From the NCBI GenBank assembly GCA_004431415.1, contig QPMI01000066.1:248001-312000 (forward strand): a DNA stretch of 64,000 bases, written 5' to 3'. The notes under the pieces are model-generated. The model was not told the DNA's origin and ran no database searches. It was given only the letters and a program-made list of their open reading frames with translations. Shown piece after piece: positions 51,701 through 62,951 of this stretch. This DNA is from Cyanophora paradoxa CCMP329. Lineage: Eukaryota > Plantae > Glaucophyta. A program made the translations under genes and the position numbers. Positions within the stretch are counted from its first letter, which is position 1; each line of letters opens with the position of its first letter.

Positions 51701-52837
51701 TGCGCCACACCCTTTTCAACCTTTCCCCGCTCCCGGCGTGCTTAGCGCCTTGGTTTTGCAGACCGGTTCCATGTCAAGTGCATCAAAGGCTGGCAAGCTT
51801 ATGATCATGATCACGCAACGTGTCCGAACTGCCGAAAATCGTTCTCCCCTTTACATTTGGATTTCTCTTCCAATCTGGCTTCCAACCCCATGGCCACTTC
51901 TGACCCGGTTCCGAACTCCGAACCGTCTTTTCAAGAGGCCGCGAGCTCTTCTGCGGCCCCCGCGCTGCCTATTTCAAGCTCTCACGTTGTGGAGCCGCCT
52001 GTCGGTGTTCAGCCTGCAGCTGCACCCACCGTCTTGCAGCCGCTCTCCACTCCTGCACTCTCCCCCTGCGCTCCGCACTTCGCTGGCGCCCCTTCCGGCC
52101 CGTCCGACCCTCTGCCTCATCCCTGGCAAGGTCATTTTCCGGCTCCCACTTCCTGCGGGGCCCCGGAGATCATCTGCCCCCAATCGTCCACCCCCGGAGG
52201 CCGTCTGCGTGAATTGCAATTGGGGCGGCCGGCGCCGGCGCCGGCGGCTAGCCCAGCGACGTGGGCTCCGCCGGAGCCGATGCGCATGCGCCCAGCCAGC
52301 GCGTCGAGTCTCGAATTCTACCCCAGAGCTGATCTCATGATCACTTCAACCGGCCCTGCGGTTGGGCCCTCTGGCACCGCAGCATGGACGCCTGGCTTAG
52401 AGCTGTCCCCTAGAGACTCAGCTGCAGACGGCCCTCCGACGTACTTTCCGGACTGTCCCGCTGCCCCGAGGCTGCCAGAGCCGGTTTATATTGACCCCAC
52501 CATCGTCGGCTCCAACGTTAACGCCCCCCCGCGTTCATCTGAATTCGGCTCCCACAGTCCGGCGGTCTGGGCTCAGGGGTCCTCCTCCCCCGGCCCATCC
52601 GTTCCTCCGCCGTACGTTCCGCAGTACCCCTCTGCCCCGACCGCGACATCCGTGGCAGCGCTGGCCCCCGGCGCGGCCCCCGCGGCCGCGGCCGCCCAAC
52701 CCGCACCTGCGGCTGCCGCGCCCGCCGCCCGCCCCACGCGGCCGTACCGGCCCCCCGGAGGACCGGCTGCCCGCCCCACGCGCCCATACGACCCCTTCAA
52801 CCGCGGAGCCGGCCCCTCCCGCACCTCTCCGTCGTGA
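45741..52837 (+). CDS. Paralog B: 2x(CxCxxC + TPR-like), coiled coil, RING-H2, Pro-rich tail
   Basis: Modules RCLCRKCEDARSP (~46097) and RCICPKCNKAHTP (~48395); RING CSICID..LPCGHRFHVKCIKGW..CPNCR; tail RPTRPYDPFNRGAGPSRT shared with paralog A. Confidence 0.7.
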
Positions 52838-54630
52838 CTGTTAGTGGTACAGGCGGATCAGGGCCCCATGACAATCACTTTGTTCTTTGTTCGATAACCG
52901 GCTCAAGAGGCTAATGTTTATATGCATCCTCGCATCCTCGGTTCACTGAGTCACCATGCATATGCACGGTTTCTCTGCCTACGTTCACAGGGCGAGGGTT
53001 CGGCGCGATCGAGGGCTGTGATTTATTAGCTGTTGCTGAGGTGTGGTCGCTTTCCCTTCCGGCCTTTCGGCTACCGGTACTCGCTGCATGCACGCTACTT
53101 GCTTCCGATGCATATGTATATATAAGCTTTTGCTAATTTGCGGAATCATCGCCGAGAGCTTCAATTTGCAATATTAATGCTTTCTAGATATAGCTATCTG
53201 GTCTGGTGGCCAGTCACGCGCTTCGCTGGGACTTCTCGCGCTTTACATGTGACCATGATATCATGATCATGATTTGTGCTCGAGCTCTCTTATTCCGCGC
53301 GCGCGAGCAAAAGAGCCCGGCGGCCGCATCAACATCGCCGGCCGCATGATGATCATGAGCTAAGATCGCGAAACCCCACGTTCCTCATCATATTTCGATT
53401 CAGGAAATAATCTCTTTTTGTTTTGCAAAAATGGACGTCGCATTGATACACCACGGCACATGTATCAATGTTCTACGTGACGCGCCCTTCCGACCGGTCA
53501 TCTATCTAGCCGAAGCTGCTAGCTAGGTGCCGGCCATGGGTCGCTCAATATCGGAGGTTAGCCTGAGTGGGGGAGCCATGGTTTTCGGTGATAGCCGTAA
53601 CCAGACCCGCGCGCCCACCCCTTGATCAACTCCTCCATCCCTTATGAGCCCTGGAAGTGAGATGTCCCGCAGTCCGTTGCCCTCCCTTGCCTCCGCTCCG
53701 CCACCCCTCCTCCTCCTCACGCTGCCTCCCCCCTCCTCCTCACCTGCGCCCCAGGACCCCGATTAATCGGTGTCCCGTTTTGTCGAGGTGAAGAAGGTGG
53801 TAGGAGGAGGATATGAGGAAGGAGAGGGAGTAGGCAGAGGCAGCAGCAGGGGTGGGCAGCGGATGCGGGGCAGAGCAGGGAGAGGAGCCGGAACGACAGA
53901 GTGGAGAGAGCGGGGGCACTGGCAAGTGGCGCAGAGAGCTGGGAGTGCGGAGGCGAGGCGGCCCGCGAGGGGTCGGGAGGGGTCGACGATTCAGGAAATA
54001 ATCTCAAACCCCGTCCGATTCGCACGAATTAATTCACAATTACTAGAACAACACGTCTAGAGTTATACGGGCCCTAAGATAGAGAATTTGCACAGTTTGC
54101 AATTGCAAGCCTCGGAGTTCGAAACCTAGACGAGCTATTTGCAATTGCTGTTTGCAAAGAAGAGAATAATCTTAAGCTTTGAAACTAAATGAAAAGTGAA
54201 GCTAGCGCTGATGAAGTTTGAATTCTCAAGCTCGAGGTATATATATACAGATCGCATGCTTACGGAATGCAAATGCACGCACGCCGAGCAGAAATTACAT
54301 CGATGCTGGTTCAACGGTTACGTATACAAGCTTTGATTTACGATTTACGAATTTACTGGAGTACAAGGCTTTCGCCCCATGTCTACAGGCCGGCCGGCCG
54401 GACTGATTAATATAGTATTGATACAGATCTAGATCGAGATCTAGATTGCGAAGAAAATCGAGGCTGAGGAATATGCGCTGCGGCTAGAAAGTACGATCGC
54501 AATCGCAGATGACCCAAAAACAATAACTAGAAAACGACTGATACTGAAAACAAAGAAAATAAAGTAACTCGCTGAAGCACTACTTTTAAAAGTCGTCTTT
54601 ATGTATTTCCGGCCATGGTCGCGTCAACGT

Positions 54631-57253
54631 CTAAGACGAGCCCGGCGCTCCGCGGCCGATGCAAGGCCCGGCGCTCACGTTGCCGGTCGCGGCGGGGGGC
54701 GGCGTGAACGTGCGCACCGCCCCCGGGCCCGAGTTCGAAGTCGGATTCGAACCCGCGCTCGAATCCGAGGGGGCCCGGGCCCCCTCGCCGCGGCCCTCGT
54801 CCTCGAGCTCGAACTGGAGCTCCTCCTGCGGGCCCCCGACCTGCCCGTTCCCTCGCCCGTCAATCGACACGGTCCGAACCAAAAGCGCGGATCGATATAG
54901 ACCCTTATATTCAAAAGCGCGGATCGTTATCGATCCTTATATTTAAAAGCGCGGATCGTTATCGATCCTGAAGCTTATATTTATATTTAATTTAATTGAG
55001 AGCGGACGGGCAGGCGCACGGGGAGGTCGGCGGGGGGGTACCCAGCGGCGGCGAGCTCGAGGGCGGCCAGGTCCCGCTCCGATACCTCTGCGGGGGCCGG
55101 CGCCCAAGGCGCAGGGCCCGCGAAGGCGTCAGAAACTGAACGATCGAACGAGAGGCCATGATCACGATCTATAGCTAGGGCCGGGGTGCGCGTAATTTAA
55201 ATATATAAATATACAGCTGATTTCTAGATCCAGAGCAACAGCATCCCGCGGCCGGAAGGGCACCGAAGGAGGCGCGGAGGCGGCGGCAGCGGAGCTTCTC
55301 GTCGTAGAGGGTTGTCGCCTCCAGCAGCGCCCACATGAACGCCAGCACCCTGCGTCGGGGTCCGCGTTCAGAAATAGAGGGGCGAGAGAAATGAATATCT
55401 TGAGATCGGTGATTGATATCGAGAGAAAGAAATGATTTCCAAGCACCTGAGGACGACTGCGAAGGAAGGGTCGCCCGCCGGCGTGAGGGTGATCTGAGGT
55501 GGAAGATTAAAATTCATGCAAGGGAAACATATACGTATACTAGTACTGAATTTCGAGCTCGCACCTCGAGGCCGGCGGCGGCGCACTGGGCGACGGCGAT
55601 CTGCACGACGCACGCGAAGAGCTGGCCCCTCCGCACCGACGGCCACCCCTGCGCGCGCGGTCGAACGGAAATTAAGACCACGTGCATGCTCCTCATTTCC
55701 TTTTTCAAAGGCTCTAGATCTCTTGATCTTTTGATCTCAAGATCTAGATCTAAATCTTTTGACCGCACTTGCCTGGCGGTCTGCCTCCCAGTCGCGGAGG
55801 GCGCGTCGGGCGGCGTTCAGCTTGCTGAAGCCCAAGCCGGCGCCGCGGCCGCCGCCGGGGGACGATGCCCGCTTGTTCTCCAGGACCCGCTGCGGAGTCG
55901 AAGTCAGAGAACAGATGTCTAGATCGAGATCGCAAAGAAGTTGATCATGAAGCTGAAGTGAAGCTTAAGAGCGCAGGTACCTGCAAGACGACGTGGAAGC
56001 GCGTGTACCTGCGCATGCGGTCCCGCCCCGGTCCGGTCAACTCCGGTTATATAATTAACGTTAGGAGAGGACGCGCGTGGATCTCAGATTGGATCCGGAA
56101 CATTAACGTTAACTCAGTGCAGCGCACCGGTCATAGTCGATCGTGTCGGGGAGAGCGCAGAGGGAGCGCAGATCTAAGACGCCGCCCGGGGGGTGCCGGG
56201 GGCTGTGCAGAGAATCCCACAGCTGTCCATGTCAAAGGCTTGCACGTGAGCCGCGCGCGAATTTCCAAAAAAGAAGGGAATGTATCTCGGACGTCGACGA
56301 GCGCGGACCTGGTCGAGGATGCGGCGGACGGCTGGGACGGCAGTGAGGCGGCGGCGCAGCTCGGCGCCATTGTCGGCCGCGAGCGGCGGTGGGGGCGGCG
56401 GCGGGGGCGCCCCGCGCGCCCCGAGCTCCTCGGAAGAGGAGCAGTTGGAGGAGCGGCGGGAAGAGGCGCCGGAGTCGGACGGGGAGCCGAGCGGCGGGCA
56501 CGCTGCTTCGTCGTCGTCGTCGTCTGCGCCGTCTGCGCGACAGGGACCGGATCGGACCCGTGACCATCGGACCGGTCAGATCTAGACGATCGCGAAATTT
56601 CTGGGACGAAGGCCTAGGGGTGCGCGCGCGACGCGCATCGCCGCGCCAAGCTCATAACAGGGCCAGAATGTGCACTGCGGACTGCGGCAAGAATCGTGAG
56701 CCGCGCGCGCGCACCGAGGGACGCGAAGTCCTCGCCGGCGCAGCTGTCATTTGCGCCCACTAAGCACGAGCGGAACCCGACGCGCGGCTGCATGCGCAGC
56801 TGCTCGCTCTCAAGCTCTAGATCGTCGAAGCTCTCGCTGTGCGGATGCGCCGCGGCCGCCGCCGCCGCCGGCTCTGGATCGGGCCGCGAGGGTCGAGAAC
56901 AGGAGGCCGGCTCGCGCGACGAGCTCGAGCCGCTGTTGAGGACCCCGAGGCCTCCGCCCCGCCGCGCGCGCAGGAGCAGCGACATTCTAGATCTATGCGA
57001 TCGACTTTCAAGCCGCAGCTGCAGCGTCAGCGAAGCTTTCTGGCGCGCGCCGGTCGACTAGCTGTGGTTCTGCTGCTGGGCCTCGGAGGGCAGCGCTGCA
57101 GGTGCCAGCGCCGTCAAGCCAGCTAAGAACAGCGCGCGCGCTGCCGCGCACCAAACGACACGCGTCCGCGGCTTCCAGGTGGAGCGCGATCTGGGTCGCA
57201 GCTGCGCTCGCTACCTGGCACGAATTCGAATTCGAATCGAAGCATGGCTTCAT
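54631..57253 (-). CDS. Hypothetical multi-exon protein
   Basis: Spliced frame: ..AVRRILDQ|LWDSL..TIDYDR|YTRFHVVLQ|RVLENK..ALRDWEADRQ|..GQLFACVVQIA..; start uncertain. Confidence 0.55.
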
Positions 57254-59263
57254 CAATGAAGCGCTAGCTAGTTATAGCTGCTAGGCTGTGCTATAGCTAG
57301 CATGCAATTTAATACGCCCACGTGGCTCTGCATGGCAGTGCGCGTGCATGCGCGCAGCTGCAGGCTGCCTGCAGCTGTCATCGGAGTCGACGTCGACCGG
57401 ACTAGGATTCCCGAAGTTCCGCAATGGCTATCGATCATCGGATCCGAATCGGTCAATCCGATCCACGTTCATGTTCCAAAACCTGAAAAAACAGTTTTTT
57501 TCGGAGTCATGTTCAACTTCCAATTGCAAGTTCCAACTTCCAACTTCCAAGCACTTCGAATTCAATCCAAACCTCCACATTCGAAGCGCTTGCCACTTGG
57601 ATGAAGTTGGATCCCGCGCCGGAAGTTCGGATCAAATCCGGAGGCATTCGGAGCTTGGAAAAGATAAATTCATATGCATGCATGGTGACTGAGTGTATCA
57701 TGTACATGTGATACCCCCAGTATATCGCAGGGATTCGCAGCGGGGGCAGCGCATGCGCGCATTCTCGTACGCCGCTTGCGCATCATCATGGCATGCCCGC
57801 ATGATATGCGCATGCGCACTTCTATCGAGCCTACCGATACTAGGTTAGTCCGCGACTAGTAATACGTATCCGGATCCGCGGCCGCGCGCGGGCCTGCGGA
57901 GTCAGTGCGGACCCGTGGCGGGCCTGCGGACCCGTGCCACGGTGGCCCGTGGGCCGTGGCCCGCTGCTAACGTGGCCCGCTAGCGCTAACTAGCACTAGC
58001 TGCACGTGCGCTACCCGGAGTATAGCTAGCTCTAATCGGCCTTGGGGAAAGGAGAGGCCCTTAGGTCTGTTGCTATCCTGTCCGTAAATTCAAAATGCGA
58101 TTCAGGTCAAAATTTTTGGACCTAGGTACCCATTTTCGACCCTAGGGAGCACGATGGCGGCGCTACTTTTCAAATGTGACACCTCTAACATGCACTAACA
58201 GCACGTACGAACGAAATTGTTCGCGTGAAGCCCGATCGCCATTGGCACAAAAAGTCAATTCACCCCTTCACGGACAAGCGCGATTGTCATTGGTTCCAGC
58301 TTGCTTCCCCTTCGCCGATGGAAATTGCAAAGAGCCTCTGTACCCGGCTGGAAGGCTGGAGTCACTAGGCGCTTCGCCGGCGGAATCGCCGCGCGTCGCT
58401 TCGCAAACGATCGCAAACGAGCGCTAGCGCTGTAGCTAGCAATGCGCATGCCTAGCATGCGCAGCGCGCGCCGGCGCCGGCGCCGGGCGCCGACGTCGAC
58501 GTCGCGAATCGCGATCGATATCGACGCCGGCGCCGCGGCCGCGCCAGCAATGGCCCAGCATGCGCCGGCGTTGCTATACGACGAAGCCTAGCTATCGGCG
58601 TATATATACGTACGCGTATACCTAGAAGCTACAGCCTACAGTACTAGGCGGCGTAGTCCTCTCAACAGTAACCGCGCGCGGTTGCGGGCCCCGTTTTAAA
58701 ACAAAGAGCGGCCACCCTCACCCCTTGAAACCCCAAGACCCAAGGCCACTCCTGCTCCGCAGGGACTCGCTTGTTATAGTTATAAAATATCTGCGCGTGC
58801 ACTTGCATCTTTTTGAAGTGACTAGCTCTATATAGCTATAGCTAGGTACTCATTGATTTACCGTATTTGCGGACGCCCCACGGTCCTAGGCCTCTAGCCC
58901 AGTAGATCTCGTTCTTTCTTTCGCTCCCTGAAGAACGCCCTCCCCAATATTAATCTGGTTCGTCGTAGTGAGTCGTAGTGCCACGGTGAGTCGAACGCCG
59001 TACCGTTAACTACTAGTCTAGTCCTAGCTAACTAGTACAGGCCCGCTGCCACCGTGGCCCGCTAACTAGTAACTAGTACTGGCTGCGCGTGCACATGCTG
59101 TACGTATACCGAAGTACATGTGATCGTGACCCTGAGACACTGTGACATGCACCGCTAGCGCTACCCGGGATACAGCTAGCGCTAGCTCGAGCTCTGAATT
59201 GTTTCTGGGGCAGGATAAGTAAATCAAAGAGCCGCTAAGACCCGATAACATCATATCACATTA

Positions 59264-62200
59264 CTAGAACTCGGTGAGGCTGCCGAGATCCGACGGGTCG
59301 GGCCGCCCCGCCGCCTCCTCCGGCTCCTCCAGCGAGTACGCGAACTATGAGGCAGGCTCAAGAGGACCGGAGGCAGGTGAGGGGGGTACGGCACCTCGTA
59401 GACGTGCTGGGGGACGTAGGGGAGGGCCGTACCCGGGGCCAGGGGCGCCCAGGAGCCCGAGGCGGGGTTGCGGTAGAGCAGGGGGCCCCGGGGGGGAGGC
59501 CGCGAGGGGGGTACGACGGCGCCCCATATCCGGGCGGCGGCCAGTCCGAAATCGGCGGGGTCGACGAGGCGCTCGGGGGCGTACAGGGCCACGGTCACCT
59601 GCGCGGCCGCCGCAGAGCCGCCGGTCTCCAGAACGGGCCTCGGCCGGAGCTGAACCTCGGGCGGGATAGGCCCGGCCTCCTCCGAGGGCGTCGAGGGGGG
59701 TTCGGACGCAGGCGCGGCCCCCTCGGGGGGCGCCGGCGGGCGGGGTATCCCCTCCGTGAAGGTCGGCGGGGGGTACGCGGGGTCGGCGGCCCCCGGGGGG
59801 AGGTACAGGCGCAGGAGGGCGAAGCCGACGCCGGGGGGCGGGGGGGCCAGCCCCTGCCCCTGCTCCGGCGGGCCCGGGCCCGCCGGATGGGCCGGGGCCG
59901 GGGCCGGGGCCGGGACCTTAGGAGGGAGGTCATTGAAGCCCCGCAGCTCGAGGCCCACGCCTGCGCTCATGCAACGAGCTCAGTCAGCAAGGATGACACG
60001 AGAGTACGACTAAAGAGCACAATAAGAAATATCTTATTATGTTCTCTAGCATCATCATCATCATCTTAGGGTTCTCTTCGTGTTTTCTAGCACTGTTCTT
60101 AACGTGCCGGCGCTGGCCCGGCCTGGAGCCCATCTTCGAACGAACAAACGGACGAGCGAGCGGACGGCTCTTATGCCTTCTTATCATGTTCTTGTGCGGA
60201 GTCCTTAAGAGCCCATCATCTTCCTGGAGGGGACGGACCGAGGCGCTGGGCGGCGAGATCCTAAGACGTTGATGAACGCTATAAGACTCTGAGAGCCTTC
60301 TTCTAATGTTCTCAAGCCGTGTCCTGAGAGCAACGGACGGACGAGCGGACGGGCGAACGGACCGAGGCGCTGGGCGGCGGCGCGGAGGCGGCCACGTAGG
60401 GAGTCGTAGTCCGGCCGCTCGTCGTACCCCAGCCCCCTGCCGCGCGCGCTTGGTCGGCTAGAAGGGGCGGGAGCTGAAAGGTAGATTGGATTAAGGGAAG
60501 CGTTCCTCTCCGGATCTGCGGGTTCTTAGCTTCTTAGCCTTTTAGGCTCGCCCGGTCGGCTAGCTATAGATGGGGCGGGAGCTGATAGGTAGATTGGACA
60601 AGGGAAGCGTTCTCCGGGAAGCTGATAGGTAGATTGGACAAGGGAAGCCCAAAACTTAGGCTCGCCCGGACAGCGAGGGTGGGGCGGAAGGTACAAGAGC
60701 GTTCATGGGCTCTTCGGAGTAGGTCCGCAGCGGAGAGGGGCGGCACAGGGGCTCCTTAGAAGTTCTCTAGCTTTTTGGGTTCTTAGGGTATCAGGTCTTT
60801 AGGTTCTTCTGTTCTGCGTTCTGCGGACCGGACGGCGCGGAGGCAGTCCGCGAGCTCGGGGGCGGCCGGGCAGCCGGCGAAGAGGGCCCCGGGGTCCGCC
60901 CCCCGCTTCCGCTCCAGCGTCACCTGAGCCGCGCCTGAGCTCAGGCGGCGCTCGGGCGGCGCGGCGGGAGGCCGAAGGCGCGGGGGGGGGGGGGGGGGGG
61001 GGGGGGAAGGAGGGACGGTGTGTAGGAGGGACGATGGTAGAAGGCGGGGGTGGTGGGGGAGGGAGGGGGCGGGGGGTACCCCCGCGCACCTCGTTGTACC
61101 GCTCGCGCGTGGCCTCGTTCACGTCCGCCCACGGCACCGTGTGCTGGCCCGGCCCGCGCCCGCCCCGTGAGCGAACGAAGGGAGGGATGGGGGGTACAGG
61201 GGCCCCGTGGGTTGCAGTTGGCGTTTGGCGTACCCGGGCGAAGTTGGCGAGGCAGTAGAAGGCCGACTCGAGGTCGTCCCTCCGTGACGGCTCTGCGGGG
61301 GGGGGGGGGGGGGGGGGGTAGAGGGGCGCGGGCCGGTCAGGCCTCTGAGGAGCACAGGGGGCGCTTCGCTTAGGCTGGGCTCTATGAACAATTCCTTTCT
61401 TTCTTGAAGCGGATGCAAGTGTTTAAAGAGGAAAGAGGTTCTTCATCACCGGTGCTGGAGCTGGGGCATTCCCTTATAAATTCAAGGATAAGGAGCCGGA
61501 GCCGTCTCAAGGAAATTTGGAATGAAAGATTCGGGGCTAAAAGAAAGCGTCGGAGGCGGTTTCTGGATCTTCGAATTCGAGCGCGCACCGGCCCCCTCGT
61601 GCACGTTGACCGACATGTACTTGGGCGTACCCGTCGGCGGCTTGCCGGGCCGGGGGCCCGGGTCGGGTACGTGCGTCCCGGGAGTCCCGTCCACCCAGTA
61701 CGCCTGCGCAGCAGGGGGGCTTACGAAACGGAAAGGGGGTGTGGAGGAAGGGGGGTACGGGCCTTGGCGAGCCCCATGTCGATGAGGAACACGCGGGAGG
61801 AGGTCGCCGGGTCCAGAAGCAGGTTCCTAGCCTGTGGGGGTACGGGCTCCAGGTCCGGCGGGGTACAGGGGCGGGGTACGGGGTACGGGCCTTGATGTCC
61901 CTGCACCGCGGAGGGTCGTGAGGGGCGGGGGGCGCTGGGGGAATCGAAAGGGCGGAGGGGGGGGTACCTGTGCAACCAGCCGAGCTCGTGCATGCGCTCG
62001 AGCTCGTTGATGAGCTGTACCCCGATGGCGAGCACGGCCTGGCGCGCGGGGGATCAAATCTCCGAGGAACCACGACAATATAAAATTCGAATTTTCGAAT
62101 CCCGCGCGCGCCTGGGCGTCGAAGAGGTCCGGGCGCTCGTCGTGAAGCTCGGAGAGGCAGCGGCCGAGCCGGTCCATGACCAAAGCGTTCAGGTCCCCGA

Positions 62201-62641
62201 CGCACCCCGCGAAGTGTACCCGGGGGAACGCCCCTGCATGCGGGCGCGGGCGAGGGCGAGGAAGCGGATCAAATTCGAATTTGATGGCATCAAAATCGAA
62301 AACGGAGCACCGCCAGAGCGCGCGAGGTCCGCAAGGACCGCCGCCTCGTGCCACAGGGCGGGCCGCGGGCACTGGACGTGCTCCTGCGCTCCCGCTCGCG
62401 CCCGCGCCCGCGGAATGGCACCAGCCGCTGAGCGCACGAGCTTCACTGCGACGGGCGTTCCGCTGTAGACGTCCGCGCCACTGAAGACGTCCCCGAAGCT
62501 TCCCATGCCGAGCCTGCGCCGGAGCCCGAGAGTCAGCGAGCGAGCCAGGCGTTCGAACGAGCGCCGGGAGGCCGATGCGCGCTTCTCGTAGAGCCTGTAG
62601 CGCCCCGCCAGGAGCGGCGGCAGCTCCAGCGACAGCTGCAT
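59264..62641 (-). CDS. Casein kinase 1-like Ser/Thr kinase, probably with a long Pro-rich C-terminal extension
   Basis: RLGMGSFGDVF, VAVKL|E, LVMDRLG, LH|RDIK|ARNLL, FLIDMGLAK, TGTPKYMSVNVH, SRRDDLES, LGYDERPDY. Joining to the 59264-59960 exons is inferred. Confidence 0.85.
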
Positions 62642-62951
62642 GGTCCAGCCAGCGGTCTACTGCGGTCGACGTCAACGCAGGACCAGGGCGGCTCTAAGCG
62701 ATGCGACTTGGGGCCTATATCCTCCGACGCGCTCCTAAGCCACCGCTGCGACCGACGCGCGCCGCGCCGCCGGACCTGGTGGATGCACACTTGTCCCGCC
62801 GCGCTCGAGCGCTGGCGCCCGTTCTCCGTCTAGATCGTTGCAATCGCGTTTAACTCGTAGGCGGCCCCGGCCGTCTCGGCAGACCGGGCCCAACCAGGCC
62901 TCGAATTCTGTACCCGGTCAGTTCGCCGCAGCTGTGGGACAGGAGAGAGCG

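Noticed and set aside
53441-53470. 10-bp inverted repeat cattgataca...tgtatcaatg with a cac-cacgg-cac-like centre
   Set aside because: Single instance with no twin to polarise it; cannot be assigned as a terminator, MITE or scar.
53525-54060. Purine/pyrimidine-skewed segment that may be a TE fragment (also 58040-58420)
   Set aside because: No TSD, TIR, tail or recognisable ORF found.
57200-59200. Dense 6-bp restriction sites suggesting a vector polylinker or synthetic contamination
   Set aside because: The pattern occurs throughout introns and intergenic DNA and differs between natural duplicates; sites overlap in a fixed 3-nt phase unlike a polylinker.
61126-61143. cacggcaccgtg resembling the GTG-CCACG-GTG scar
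   Set aside because: Lies in a kinase exon (HTVPWAD) and does not match the motif.
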